Assembly (NCBI GenBank): GCA_964351365.1
Contig: CAYGNP010000001.1
Span: 92,572-156,571 of the forward strand
Direction: 5' to 3'
DNA from: an uncultured Micavibrio sp.
Lineage (GTDB): Bacteria; Pseudomonadota; Alphaproteobacteria; Micavibrionales; Micavibrionaceae
Length of the DNA: 64,000 nt
The notes beneath the pieces are model-generated. The model searched no databases. It was given only the letters and a program-made list of their open reading frames with translations, and was not told where the DNA came from. The translations under genes were made by a program, and so were the position numbers. This document shows, piece after piece, positions 33,882 through 42,515 of this stretch; position 1 is the stretch's first letter, and each line of letters starts with the position of its first letter.

Positions 33882-35561
33882 CTAAAATGCCTGACCGATA
33901 CTGATGTAAATCTGATAATTCTGATCGGTATTTTCATCATTATTAAGCGGCACGCCAACATCAAACCTGATCGGGCCGAAATCTGTGTAATAGCGTGCGC
34001 CCACACCTGCACCCAGTGATAAATCGCTGAAGGTGGGCGTAATTTTATCATCAACCTGACCAAAATCAAGGAATGTCACCGCTCCTATTTTATCGGTAGC
34101 TTTGAAGCGCAGCTCAAGCGCACCTTCGACCAATGAGCGCCCGCCCGATGGGTCGCCGTCTTCAAAGGGGCCGACTTCCTGATAACCAAAGCCGCGAACA
34201 GATCCTCCGCCGCCAGCGTAAAAGCGTTCGGAAGCTGGAAGGTTTTGCGTGCCTGCACCAAGTATCGAACCGATGCGTAGGCGTGATGCAAGGGTAAGCC
34301 AGTCGCTGGCTGAATAATATTTTTGCGCGGCGATGATGGCTTTGAAATATGGATCGCTCTCACCGAACATATCAAAGGTTGGCTCGATAGAGGCTTTGAG
34401 TACGTGGCCTTTCTTCGGATCGAGCGTGTCATCGCGGTTATCATAGGCCAGATTTGCAAAGGGTTTAAGCAGCGCGAAATTATCTTCGGTATCGCCCTCT
34501 TCCTTGATGCGGGTGAGATCAACATCCACTCCGGCACGGCCAGAAAATTCCTTGGTGAATTTACGGTTGATCGAAAATCCGGTCAGAAATCCGAGGCTTT
34601 CATAGGCATCGGTGTCCTCCCGGTTCAGTTTAGCATTAAGGGACAGGGTTTGATCGTCACGCTGGAAATAGGGCTTGGTGAGTGTTGTCTCAAGGGATTG
34701 CTCAAGGGATGATACACCAAGCTCCGCGTCCAGCGTTTCGCCAGCGCCAAAGAAATTGCGGTGCTGCCAACCCAGAACAGCGCCGGGGCCTTCATCGGTG
34801 TAATAGCTGAGCCCGGCGCGCACGGTGCGATGCGGGCTTTCGGTCAGGACGAATTTCACGGGCACTTTTCCATCTTTTTCCGGCCTGTCCGGCATGATGA
34901 TGTCTATCTGTGAGAACAAACCCGTCTCCAGCAGTCTCTGACGGGTTTTGCTGACTTTATCGCGCTTGAAACACGTATCTTCTTTCCAGTTTGCCCGCGT
35001 TTGTATGTATGATTGCTTCACGGTTTTTGAACCTGTAAAAACCGCGCTTCCCAGCGTTGCATCGCGACCTTGAGTGATTGCGTATCTAACTTCGGCTGTG
35101 TTTGTTATCGGATCAAGGATGACACCGTGCGTGACATCAAGATCAAAAGCGCAGCTGTCTTTTTGTAATTCCTTATATAGCGTGTTTTGAGCATTGATCA
35201 CTTTTTGCGCATCGAGCGGGTCACCGGCTTTAATATTTAGCTGCCTGTTTTTATATTTCACGGGCGTGATCGTGATCGCGCTGATGGTTGTCACTTTGCC
35301 GGGTTTGATCATTATTGTCTCGTCTTTGACAGTAATCACCGCATTATAATATCCGCGTGAGCGCATCGCTTTTTCGACTTCCAGGGATGGACGCTGCCCG
35401 GCTTTCAGGTTGGCTTTGAGGACGTCCTTTACGAAGGTTTGCGTTTGCTCATCTTGCTCAAGGCCCTGTATTTTATAAGCAATGGGTTTTTGATCTTTGG
35501 ACATGCACGCGCACGTGAAAAGGCACAAAATAAGTGTCGCAAGATTACGCAGGTTTTTCAT
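33882..35561 (-). CDS. tamA: Outer-membrane protein assembly factor TamA (Omp85/BamA family)
   Basis: 559 aa with POTRA-like N-terminal repeats and a C-terminal surface-antigen barrel (RFYAGGGGSVRGFGY, terminal ISIGQAF). The signal ends LFTCAC. Confidence 0.85.
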   Translation of the reverse strand: MKNLRNLATLILCLFTCACMSKDQKPIAYKIQGLEQDEQTQTFVKDVLKANLKAGQRPSLEVEKAMRSRGYYNAVITVKDETIMIKPGKVTTISAITITPVKYKNRQLNIKAGDPLDAQKVINAQNTLYKELQKDSCAFDLDVTHGVILDPITNTAEVRYAITQGRDATLGSAVFTGSKTVKQSYIQTRANWKEDTCFKRDKVSKTRQRLLETGLFSQIDIIMPDRPEKDGKVPVKFVLTESPHRTVRAGLSYYTDEGPGAVLGWQHRNFFGAGETLDAELGVSSLEQSLETTLTKPYFQRDDQTLSLNAKLNREDTDAYESLGFLTGFSINRKFTKEFSGRAGVDVDLTRIKEEGDTEDNFALLKPFANLAYDNRDDTLDPKKGHVLKASIEPTFDMFGESDPYFKAIIAAQKYYSASDWLTLASRLRIGSILGAGTQNLPASERFYAGGGGSVRGFGYQEVGPFEDGDPSGGRSLVEGALELRFKATDKIGAVTFLDFGQVDDKITPTFSDLSLGAGVGARYYTDFGPIRFDVGVPLNNDENTDQNYQIYISIGQAF

Positions 35562-35599
35562 GCCCAGACATTAATCACTGGGCGCTTAAAAGAAAAGTG

Positions 35600-36043
35600 T
35601 TAAATGGTGAAATTGAGAACTGGCTCGCGTATGAGCTTCAGCTTTCCGCTCTTATTTGCCTGATCGCACAATTTTTTGAAGGTCTGTTGCGCGAGGCTAT
35701 CCAGCCATTGATTATGGGCGTCCACCAGATATTGTCCCAGAATATTATCATAACCGGCAAAGCTCATTTTTTCGGTGGTGGGCGCGTTGATAAAAATATC
35801 TGCGACATCGCGCAAGGATGTTTGGCCCGGATCAGGCATATAGTAGCCTCCCTTTGCTCCCTTCAGAGAGATGATGAGGCGCGCATTTGAAAGCTTTTGT
35901 AAAACAGGCTCCAGCGCGCGCTTGTTCAGGCCTGAATATTCAATGATGGCGCTGCCAGAAACCGGCTGGCTTTCATTGGCGTTATATGCAATGAAAAAGG
36001 CGGCGCTGATTGCTAGATAGAGTTTGTTTGGAACGATTTGCAT
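35600..36043 (-). CDS. Rrf2 family transcriptional regulator
   Basis: 147 aa. The winged-helix N-terminus (YLAISAAFFIAYNANESQPVSGSAIIEYSGLNKRALEPVLQKLSNARLIISLKGAKGGY) is present. No C-terminal three-Cys Fe-S ligand set is visible. It is divergent from the cys operon. Confidence 0.85.
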   Translation of the reverse strand: MQIVPNKLYLAISAAFFIAYNANESQPVSGSAIIEYSGLNKRALEPVLQKLSNARLIISLKGAKGGYYMPDPGQTSLRDVADIFINAPTTEKMSFAGYDNILGQYLVDAHNQWLDSLAQQTFKKLCDQANKSGKLKLIREPVLNFTI

Positions 36044-36061
36044 GTTTCTTAAGTCCTTCGT

Positions 36062-36140
36062 GTCATCATGAAGGGCTTTGGCCCTGAAGAATCTATTCCT
36101 TTGTTTTTAGATCCTTCAGCGCGAGCGCTTCAGGATGACA
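36062..36140. repeat. 79-nt palindromic element, full-length copy 1 (MITE/REP-like)
   Basis: Sequence is GTCATCATGAAGGGCTTTGGCCCTGAAGAATC, a 16-nt spacer, then GATCCTTCAGCGCGAGCGCTTCAGGATGAC. The termini are inverted repeats. It lies in the rrf2-cysG divergent promoter region. Confidence 0.9.
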
Positions 36141-36225
36141 AGAGAATTTATATTACATATAAAAAATGTATTTACAAGTTAAATTTGTTTTTTTATAGTC
36201 AGCCCTTGATAAAGGTGATGATTAT

Positions 36226-37662
36226 ATGGGTTATACCCCCCTATTTTTGAATGCTGAAAAGCACGGCACGATTTTGGTTATTGGTGGTGGTGAGATTGCC
36301 GCGGCCAAAACCGAGGCGCTGGCCAGTGTTGGTGCGCGCGTTGATATCGTCGGCGAACAGATCGATGAAGCAGTGCATTTATTGTGCGACAAGCATGGCT
36401 TCAGGGCAATAAAAGATAAATACCGGCGCAAATATCTTAAGGGGCGCAAGATTGTTGTGGCCGCCACAGATAATGACCGCGTGAATGAGAAAATTGCGCG
36501 TGATTGCAACAGGCGCGGCATATTGGTTAACGTGGTTGATAATCCGCCGCTCTGTGATTTTATTTTTCCGGCGCTGATCCGGCGCGGGGCCATGCAGATT
36601 GCGGTTTCGTCTTCGGGTGTATCACCTGTGCTGGCGCGGATGGTCAAGCATGCGATTGAGCAGGCAGTGCCGGTGAATTTCACCAATTTAATTAAATTTA
36701 TGGGTGATAAGAAACATATTTTGCGTGAGAAGCTTTCCTCCATTCAGCCGCGCCGTTTGATCGGAGAGGCGATTTATCACGGGGCCATTGCGGAAGAGGT
36801 GCTGGAGGGCAATCGCGCAAAAGCGGATGCGCTGTTTGATGAATTAATTGAGGCCTATCCGAACCAAAAGCAACCTGCGCTATATCTTGTGGGTGCGGGG
36901 CCGGGTAATCCGGAGTTGATGACGGTTAAGGCCATCCGTTTGCTGTCGAAGGCGGATGTGATTTTTTATGACCGGCTCGTCTCGCCTGTCATCCTTGAGC
37001 AATATGCACGAAAGGATGCGGAGAAAGTTTTTGTCGGCAAGACACGCGATCACCATCATAAAACGCAGAGCCAGATTGATGCGTTGATAGAAGAGCATCT
37101 GCGCAAGGGCGATGTCGTTGTTCGCCTTAAAGGTGGGGATCCGGGGATTTATGCGCATGGCGCGGAAGAGATTGAGATTGCGAAGAAGGTCGGCGCGCCC
37201 TATCAGATCGTACCGGGTATATCCGCGGCCAATGGCTGCGCGGCTTATGCGGGTGTGCCACTGACCGAGCGCGGCGGTGCCTTGTCTGTTCGCTTTATTA
37301 CACTTTATACCAGCATGATACAGGATGATGATTTCTGGCTGTCCCTGAAATACGCGAAGAACGAGACCTTCGTGTTTTATATGAGTACGCCGCATTATCA
37401 AATGTTGTGTGACAAGCTCATTGAGATTGGCTATTCCCGTGATCTGCCCTTGCTGGTGGTGACAGAGGGTACGACGGATCATCACCGTGAATATGCGGCG
37501 AGCCTTGGGACGTTTGAGGCGCAGGATTTCGCCTCCCCTGCCCTGATGATCGTGGGCGATGTAGCGCGATGGGCGAGACAAAATCAATGGAAAGACGCGC
37601 CGCAGGATAGCGGGAATTACTTCCCGCCGATTGATCCGAAAGAGGTTAAACATGCAGCTTGA
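36226..37662 (+). CDS. cysG: Siroheme synthase (precorrin-2 dehydrogenase/ferrochelatase plus uroporphyrinogen-III C-methyltransferase)
   Basis: 478 aa. The N-terminal VIGGGEIAAAK Rossmann is present. The C-terminal half has LYLVGAGPGNPELMTVKA and RLKGGDPGIY methyltransferase motifs. Confidence 0.92.
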   Translation: MGYTPLFLNAEKHGTILVIGGGEIAAAKTEALASVGARVDIVGEQIDEAVHLLCDKHGFRAIKDKYRRKYLKGRKIVVAATDNDRVNEKIARDCNRRGILVNVVDNPPLCDFIFPALIRRGAMQIAVSSSGVSPVLARMVKHAIEQAVPVNFTNLIKFMGDKKHILREKLSSIQPRRLIGEAIYHGAIAEEVLEGNRAKADALFDELIEAYPNQKQPALYLVGAGPGNPELMTVKAIRLLSKADVIFYDRLVSPVILEQYARKDAEKVFVGKTRDHHHKTQSQIDALIEEHLRKGDVVVRLKGGDPGIYAHGAEEIEIAKKVGAPYQIVPGISAANGCAAYAGVPLTERGGALSVRFITLYTSMIQDDDFWLSLKYAKNETFVFYMSTPHYQMLCDKLIEIGYSRDLPLLVVTEGTTDHHREYAASLGTFEAQDFASPALMIVGDVARWARQNQWKDAPQDSGNYFPPIDPKEVKHAA

Positions 37663-38371
37663 TGATCTCATCGCGCTAGAGACTTTGCCCTGGCAGGAGC
37701 GATTAAAGGCTCTTAGCGGGGCTACCGCCTTTTCAACAAGTCTGAGCTATGAGGATCAGGTAATTACGCATTTAATTGCCTCTGATGATTTGCCGTATCG
37801 GATTTTTACTCTTGATACTGGCCGGTTATTTGAAGAGACGCACAAAGTCGCGCAAGAGACACGTTCTAAATATCCAAATATTATGATTGAGACCTTTTAT
37901 CCCGATGCGGTGGCAACGCAGGATTTGGTGCGCAGGCAGGGCATTAACGGATTTTTTGAGAGCGTGGACAAGCGCAAGGCGTGCTGTCATGTGCGCAAGG
38001 TTGAGCCTTTGGGGCGTGCGCTGGCGGGGGTGGAAATCTGGATTAGCGGATTGCGGCGGGCGCATTCTTCTGGACGCCGTGATCTGCCGATTGCGGAGAT
38101 GGATGCGGGGCATAATGTTTTGAAATTTTATCCCCTTATTGATGTTGAAGATGACGTGCTATGGGACTATATTCGGGCGCATGAGATTCCTTATAATGAA
38201 CTTCATGACAAGGGGTTTCCCTCCATCGGTTGCGCGCCCTGTACGCGCGCGGTTGCGCATGGAGAAGATATGCGCGCGGGGCGCTGGTGGTGGGAGCAAG
38301 AGGATGCAAATCAGGAATGCGGTTTGCATCTTGTTAATGGTAAACTGGTGCGGGTAAATAATGTTAAGTAA
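37652..38371 (+). CDS. cysH: Adenylylsulfate (APS) reductase type CysH, with Fe-S cysteine pairs
   Basis: ORF 37631..38371. The start chosen is ATG 37652 after AAGAGG. The catalytic tail is QECGLH. The KACCH and SIGCAPCT cysteine pairs are the [4Fe-4S] ligands that distinguish APS reductases from PAPS reductases. Confidence 0.9.
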   Translation: MQLDDLIALETLPWQERLKALSGATAFSTSLSYEDQVITHLIASDDLPYRIFTLDTGRLFEETHKVAQETRSKYPNIMIETFYPDAVATQDLVRRQGINGFFESVDKRKACCHVRKVEPLGRALAGVEIWISGLRRAHSSGRRDLPIAEMDAGHNVLKFYPLIDVEDDVLWDYIRAHEIPYNELHDKGFPSIGCAPCTRAVAHGEDMRAGRWWWEQEDANQECGLHLVNGKLVRVNNVK

Positions 38372-39839
38372 AGATCAGCAGAAACTTTTGGATCAGCTTA
38401 TGGCCTCGGCTAGTCATGAACAAAAAATCTGGCTTGCGGGGTATATGAGCGGTCAGGTTGGCGCGGGCGCAGGCGCGACCGAGGGCGATTCCCTCAAACC
38501 TGCAGTGATGATTTATTACGCCACCGAGACCGGCAATTCCAAGGGGCTGTCTTTGCAAATGATGAAGGCGATCAAGGCGGCGGGGTATAAAGTTAAAAAT
38601 TCGGCTGTGAACCGCGTGAAGGCCAAGGATATTGACCCGTCTGCATTTGCCATTTTTATTGCCAGCACGCATGGCGAGGGTGATCCGCCGGAGAGCGCTG
38701 TTCCCTTCTTTAATGAGATGCGCGGCGCGAAAGACGGTCTGCTAAAGGGATTGAATTATGCGGTTGCAGGGCTTGGTGATAGCTCGTACGAGATTTTCTG
38801 CGGCGCGGCGAGTGATCTGGATAAAGAGCTTGTGCGTTTGGGGGCATCCGCCTTTCAGGATGCTGCGCTCTTTGATGTGGATTACGCTTCGCACACGCCT
38901 TCATGGATTGAGAACACGGTCAAGGCGATGAACGCTCTGATCGGGGCAAGCGCTCCGGCAGGGGCAGCGGTTGCAACGGCGATTGCGGATGAACAAATCG
39001 TGCGCACGGGCAAGGGCTACACGCGGCTTGAACCTGTGGTTGGCAGAGTGAAACATATTGTGAATTTGAATGATATCGATTCAGCCAAGGACACTTATCA
39101 TATCGAGATTGAATATGAGGATGAGATTTTCTATTCCTGCGGAGATGCGGCGGGGATTATTGTACCCGAGGATCAAAATGGTGGTGACCCATCGCCGCGG
39201 CTTTACTCGATTGCGTCTTCGCCCAGCTATCATGAGGGTGAGGTGCATCTGACGGTGGCGCTCGCCAAGTATAAAAATGACGATGGCAGCATGGGGTATG
39301 GCATATATTCAAAATACCTGGCGGATTTGAAGGAAGGCGATGAGGTTACGTTTTATATTCATCAGAACCAGATGTTTAACCTGCCGGGCGATGATAAGGA
39401 TATCATCATGATTGGACCGGGCACCGGGATTGCGCCGTTCCGCTCCTTTGTGTATGAGCGCAATGAGCGGGGGGCTTCGGGGCGGAACTGGCTGTTCTTC
39501 GGGGATCAGCATATGCACTGTGATTTCCTCTATCAGGCGGAATGGCAGGAGCATCTGGCCACAGATGCACTGAGCCGCATTGATCTGGCGTTTTCGCGCG
39601 ATCAGGATCACAAAATTTATGTGCAGGATCGCTTGCGGGCGAGCGCTAAAGATTTAATTGAGTGGATTGACGGGGGCGCTATTGTCTATGTTTGTGGCAG
39701 CAAAGACCCGATGAGCAAGGATGTGGATGCGGCGCTGATTGAGATTATCGCGCAGGAAAAATCAATGTCTGCGGAGGGTGCGGCGGATTTTCTTGCCGAC
39801 ATGGTTGAACGTGATCGTTATTTGAAGGATGTTTATTAA
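38361..39839 (+). CDS. cysJ: Sulfite reductase [NADPH] flavoprotein component
   Basis: 492 aa. A flavodoxin-like domain (MIYYATETGNSKGLS, STHGEGDPP) is followed by an FNR-like FAD/NADPH module (RLYSIASSP, MIGPGTGIAPFRSF, terminal DVY). It is shorter than E. coli CysJ. Confidence 0.88.
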   Translation: MLSKDQQKLLDQLMASASHEQKIWLAGYMSGQVGAGAGATEGDSLKPAVMIYYATETGNSKGLSLQMMKAIKAAGYKVKNSAVNRVKAKDIDPSAFAIFIASTHGEGDPPESAVPFFNEMRGAKDGLLKGLNYAVAGLGDSSYEIFCGAASDLDKELVRLGASAFQDAALFDVDYASHTPSWIENTVKAMNALIGASAPAGAAVATAIADEQIVRTGKGYTRLEPVVGRVKHIVNLNDIDSAKDTYHIEIEYEDEIFYSCGDAAGIIVPEDQNGGDPSPRLYSIASSPSYHEGEVHLTVALAKYKNDDGSMGYGIYSKYLADLKEGDEVTFYIHQNQMFNLPGDDKDIIMIGPGTGIAPFRSFVYERNERGASGRNWLFFGDQHMHCDFLYQAEWQEHLATDALSRIDLAFSRDQDHKIYVQDRLRASAKDLIEWIDGGAIVYVCGSKDPMSKDVDAALIEIIAQEKSMSAEGAADFLADMVERDRYLKDVY

Positions 39840-41515
39840 TGGCTGATGAGATTAACAAACCGGAGAACCTGTCTGAAGTAGAGGGTTTTAAAACAAAGAG
39901 CCGAGGCTTACGCGGTGATTTGGCTGCGCAGATGGAAAATTCGCTGACGGGAAATGTCACGGAATACGGCAAGCAGCTAGTGAAATTTCATGGCTCTTAC
40001 ATTCAGGATAACCGTGACCGGCGGGCGGAGCGCGAGGAGAAGAAGCTGGAATGGGCGTATTCGTTCATGATCCGGCTGCGTATTCCGGGGGGGGATGTGA
40101 GCGCCGCGCAATGGCTGGGCTTGCAGGAAAGCTGTGATACCAAAGCGAGCGGTGTGGTTAAGATTACCACGCGCCAGACGGTACAATTTCACGGCGTGGT
40201 CAAAGCGCGCATGAAGCCGACCATGAAAGATTTTGATGCGCTTGGGCTTGATGCGATTGCCGCGTGCGGAGATGTGAACCGGAACGTGATTACAGGCTCC
40301 AGCCCAGAGACCGCGCCCTTCCACGCCGAGGTGCACGAATATGCGGTGAAGATCAGCGAGCATTTATTGCCGCGCACGGGGGCGTTCAAGGAAATCTGGC
40401 TGGATGGGGAGAAGCTTGAGGACGGCGCGCCTGCCGAAGATGATCCGCTCTATAAGGATATCTACCTGCCGCGTAAATTCAAGATTGCTGTGGCTATCCC
40501 TCCGCTCAATGATGTCGATGTGTATGTGCATGATATCGGCCTGATTGCGGTTGGTGAGGGGAAAAAATTTGAAGGCTTTAACGTCTCGATTGGTGGTGGT
40601 TTGGGCGCGACGCACGGCAATGCCAAAACCTATCCGCGGCGGGGCGATGTGATCGGCTTTATTCCCAAAGACAAAACACTTGATGTATGCTGGCAGATTG
40701 CCGCTGTGCAGCGTGATTACGGCAACCGGGAGCAGCGCAATCAGGCGCGTTTGAAATATACGATTGACCGTCTTGGGCTGGATTTCTTTGTCGGTGAAGT
40801 TGAAAAGCGCCTTGGGTTTAAATTCGCCCCTGCCCGCAAGGTTCCCGCCTTTACGCACAGGGGTGATCCCTTTGGCTGGACGCAGGATGCGGCGGGTAAA
40901 TGGTATTACACGGCCTTTGTCGAGAGTGGCCGCGTGGTGGATGAGGACGGGTATAATATCAAATCTGCGATGAAGGAGCTTGCACAATCGGGCTTGTGTG
41001 CCTTCCGCTTTACGGCGAACCAGAATGTAATGCTGACCTATGTTGTGAAAAAAGATAAGGCCGCGATTGAGGCCCTTTTGAATAAGCATGGCATTACGAT
41101 TGATGCGATGAATGCAACGCGGCGCGAGGCGATGGCGTGTGTTGCCATGCCGACCTGTCCGCTTGCGCTGGCCGAGGGGCAGCGTTATTTGCCGGAGTTT
41201 GTCGGCAAGGTTGAGGCGTTGCAGGAAAAGCACGGCATTCTCGACCGCCCCATTACCACGCGGATTACAGGCTGTCCGAATGGCTGCGGGCGGTCATATG
41301 CGGCGGAGATTGGTCTTGTGGGCAAAAATCCGGGTAAATACGTTTTGCGCCTTGGCGGAGATTATGAAGGAGAGCGTCTGAATTCCGTTTATCTTGAGGA
41401 AGCCGATGAGGGGGAAATTCTTGCAACGCTTGATAAGCTCTTTGGGGACTATGCCAATGATGGTAAAAAGGGTGAGAGTTTTGGTGATTATAGCCAGCGG
41501 ATTTTGTTTGGTTAA
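39839..41515 (+). CDS. cysI: Sulfite reductase hemoprotein beta component
   Basis: 558 aa. RGDLAAQM, TTRQTVQFHG and the siroheme/Fe-S Cys cluster CVAMPTCPLA...TGCPNGCGR are present. TAATG overlap with cysJ. Confidence 0.93.
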   Translation: MADEINKPENLSEVEGFKTKSRGLRGDLAAQMENSLTGNVTEYGKQLVKFHGSYIQDNRDRRAEREEKKLEWAYSFMIRLRIPGGDVSAAQWLGLQESCDTKASGVVKITTRQTVQFHGVVKARMKPTMKDFDALGLDAIAACGDVNRNVITGSSPETAPFHAEVHEYAVKISEHLLPRTGAFKEIWLDGEKLEDGAPAEDDPLYKDIYLPRKFKIAVAIPPLNDVDVYVHDIGLIAVGEGKKFEGFNVSIGGGLGATHGNAKTYPRRGDVIGFIPKDKTLDVCWQIAAVQRDYGNREQRNQARLKYTIDRLGLDFFVGEVEKRLGFKFAPARKVPAFTHRGDPFGWTQDAAGKWYYTAFVESGRVVDEDGYNIKSAMKELAQSGLCAFRFTANQNVMLTYVVKKDKAAIEALLNKHGITIDAMNATRREAMACVAMPTCPLALAEGQRYLPEFVGKVEALQEKHGILDRPITTRITGCPNGCGRSYAAEIGLVGKNPGKYVLRLGGDYEGERLNSVYLEEADEGEILATLDKLFGDYANDGKKGESFGDYSQRILFG

Positions 41516-41521
41516 ATCAAC

Positions 41522-41600
41522 GTCATTCTGAGGGGCTTTAGCCCTGAAGAATCTTGTTGTAGTTTTTTAGATCCTTCAGCGTTAACGCTTCAGGATGACA
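41522..41600. repeat. 79-nt palindromic element, full-length copy 2
   Basis: Sequence is GTCATTCTGAGGGGCTTTAGCCCTGAAGAATC, a 16-nt spacer, then GATCCTTCAGCGTTAACGCTTCAGGATGAC. It has the same length, architecture and orientation as 36062..36140, and starts 6 nt after the cysI stop. Confidence 0.9.
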
Positions 41601-41617
41601 ATTCAGGAGAATAAAAG

Positions 41618-42466
41618 ATGCTTGCGATTATTGGTGGATCAGGATTATACGCACTGGATGAGATTACAGTTATCGCCGAGCATGATGTGGATACGCCCTT
41701 TGGCAAGCCGTCTGCGCCGGTTGTTGAGGGCTCTGCGTTTGGATCAAAGGTTTTATTCCTGCCACGCCATGGGCGCAATCACGAATTCCTTCCCTCAGAA
41801 GTTAATTTCCGCGCGAATATCTATGCGCTGAAATCTTTGGGGGCGCGCACGGTTTTGAGCGTATCGGCATCGGGGTCTTTGCAAGAGGAGATCGCGCCCG
41901 GTGATCTGGCGCTCGCGTCACAATATTTCGATCATACGCGCGGATTTCGCAAAAATTCATTTTTCGGTGAGGGTGTTACAGCGCATATCTCAACGGCGGA
42001 GCCGACCTGCCCTGTTTTGGCGGATGATGTTCTAAAGGCGGCAGGCGATATTAATCTTCCGCTGCATTCGGGTAAAACCTATGCCTGCGTTGAGGGGCCG
42101 CGTTTGGGCACGAAGGCCGAGAGTTTTTTCCTGAAGAATGCCGTCAAAGCCGATGTTGTCGGTATGACCAATGTGCCCGAAGCGTTCTTGGCGCGCGAGG
42201 CGCAGATGGGGTATGTGACGCTCGCGATTGCAACAGATTACGATTGCTGGCGGGAAGATCCGGATGAGCATGTGAGTGTTGAGGCGGTGTTTGCGGTCTA
42301 TAACGAGAATATCGGCAAGATCAAAACATTGATTTTGAAGCTGCTGGAGAATGGCATTTCCGAGACGCCGGAAAATATCCGCAGCGCTCTAAAGGGCGCT
42401 GTGATGACGCCGGATGAGCGCCTCGATGCGGCGCAGCGCAGCTGGCTTGGGATATTACGGATTTAA
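41618..42466 (+). CDS. mtnP: S-methyl-5'-thioadenosine phosphorylase
   Basis: 282 aa. IIGGSGLY, DTPFGKPS, FLPRHGRNH, GMTNVPEA and IATDYDCW closely track the human/bacterial MTAP sequence. Confidence 0.9.
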   Translation: MLAIIGGSGLYALDEITVIAEHDVDTPFGKPSAPVVEGSAFGSKVLFLPRHGRNHEFLPSEVNFRANIYALKSLGARTVLSVSASGSLQEEIAPGDLALASQYFDHTRGFRKNSFFGEGVTAHISTAEPTCPVLADDVLKAAGDINLPLHSGKTYACVEGPRLGTKAESFFLKNAVKADVVGMTNVPEAFLAREAQMGYVTLAIATDYDCWREDPDEHVSVEAVFAVYNENIGKIKTLILKLLENGISETPENIRSALKGAVMTPDERLDAAQRSWLGILRI

Positions 42467-42515
42467 TTGCCTTGCCCGCCTTTCATTGTGTAGACACATC
42501 TATTAAGGTGCGGGA

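Noticed and set aside
36154-36170. TACAT-N7-ATGTA inverted repeat as a possible Rrf2 operator before cysG
   Set aside because: The arms are only 5 bp and the stretch is very AT-rich, so chance occurrence is likely. I kept it out of the feature list.
36880-37671. 263-aa minus-strand ORF
   Set aside because: It is antisense to the methyltransferase half of cysG. It is Arg/Ile/His-rich with no motifs, so it is a shadow ORF.
40364-41233. 289-aa minus-strand ORF
   Set aside because: It is antisense to cysI, which has unambiguous siroheme/Fe-S motifs. This is a shadow ORF.
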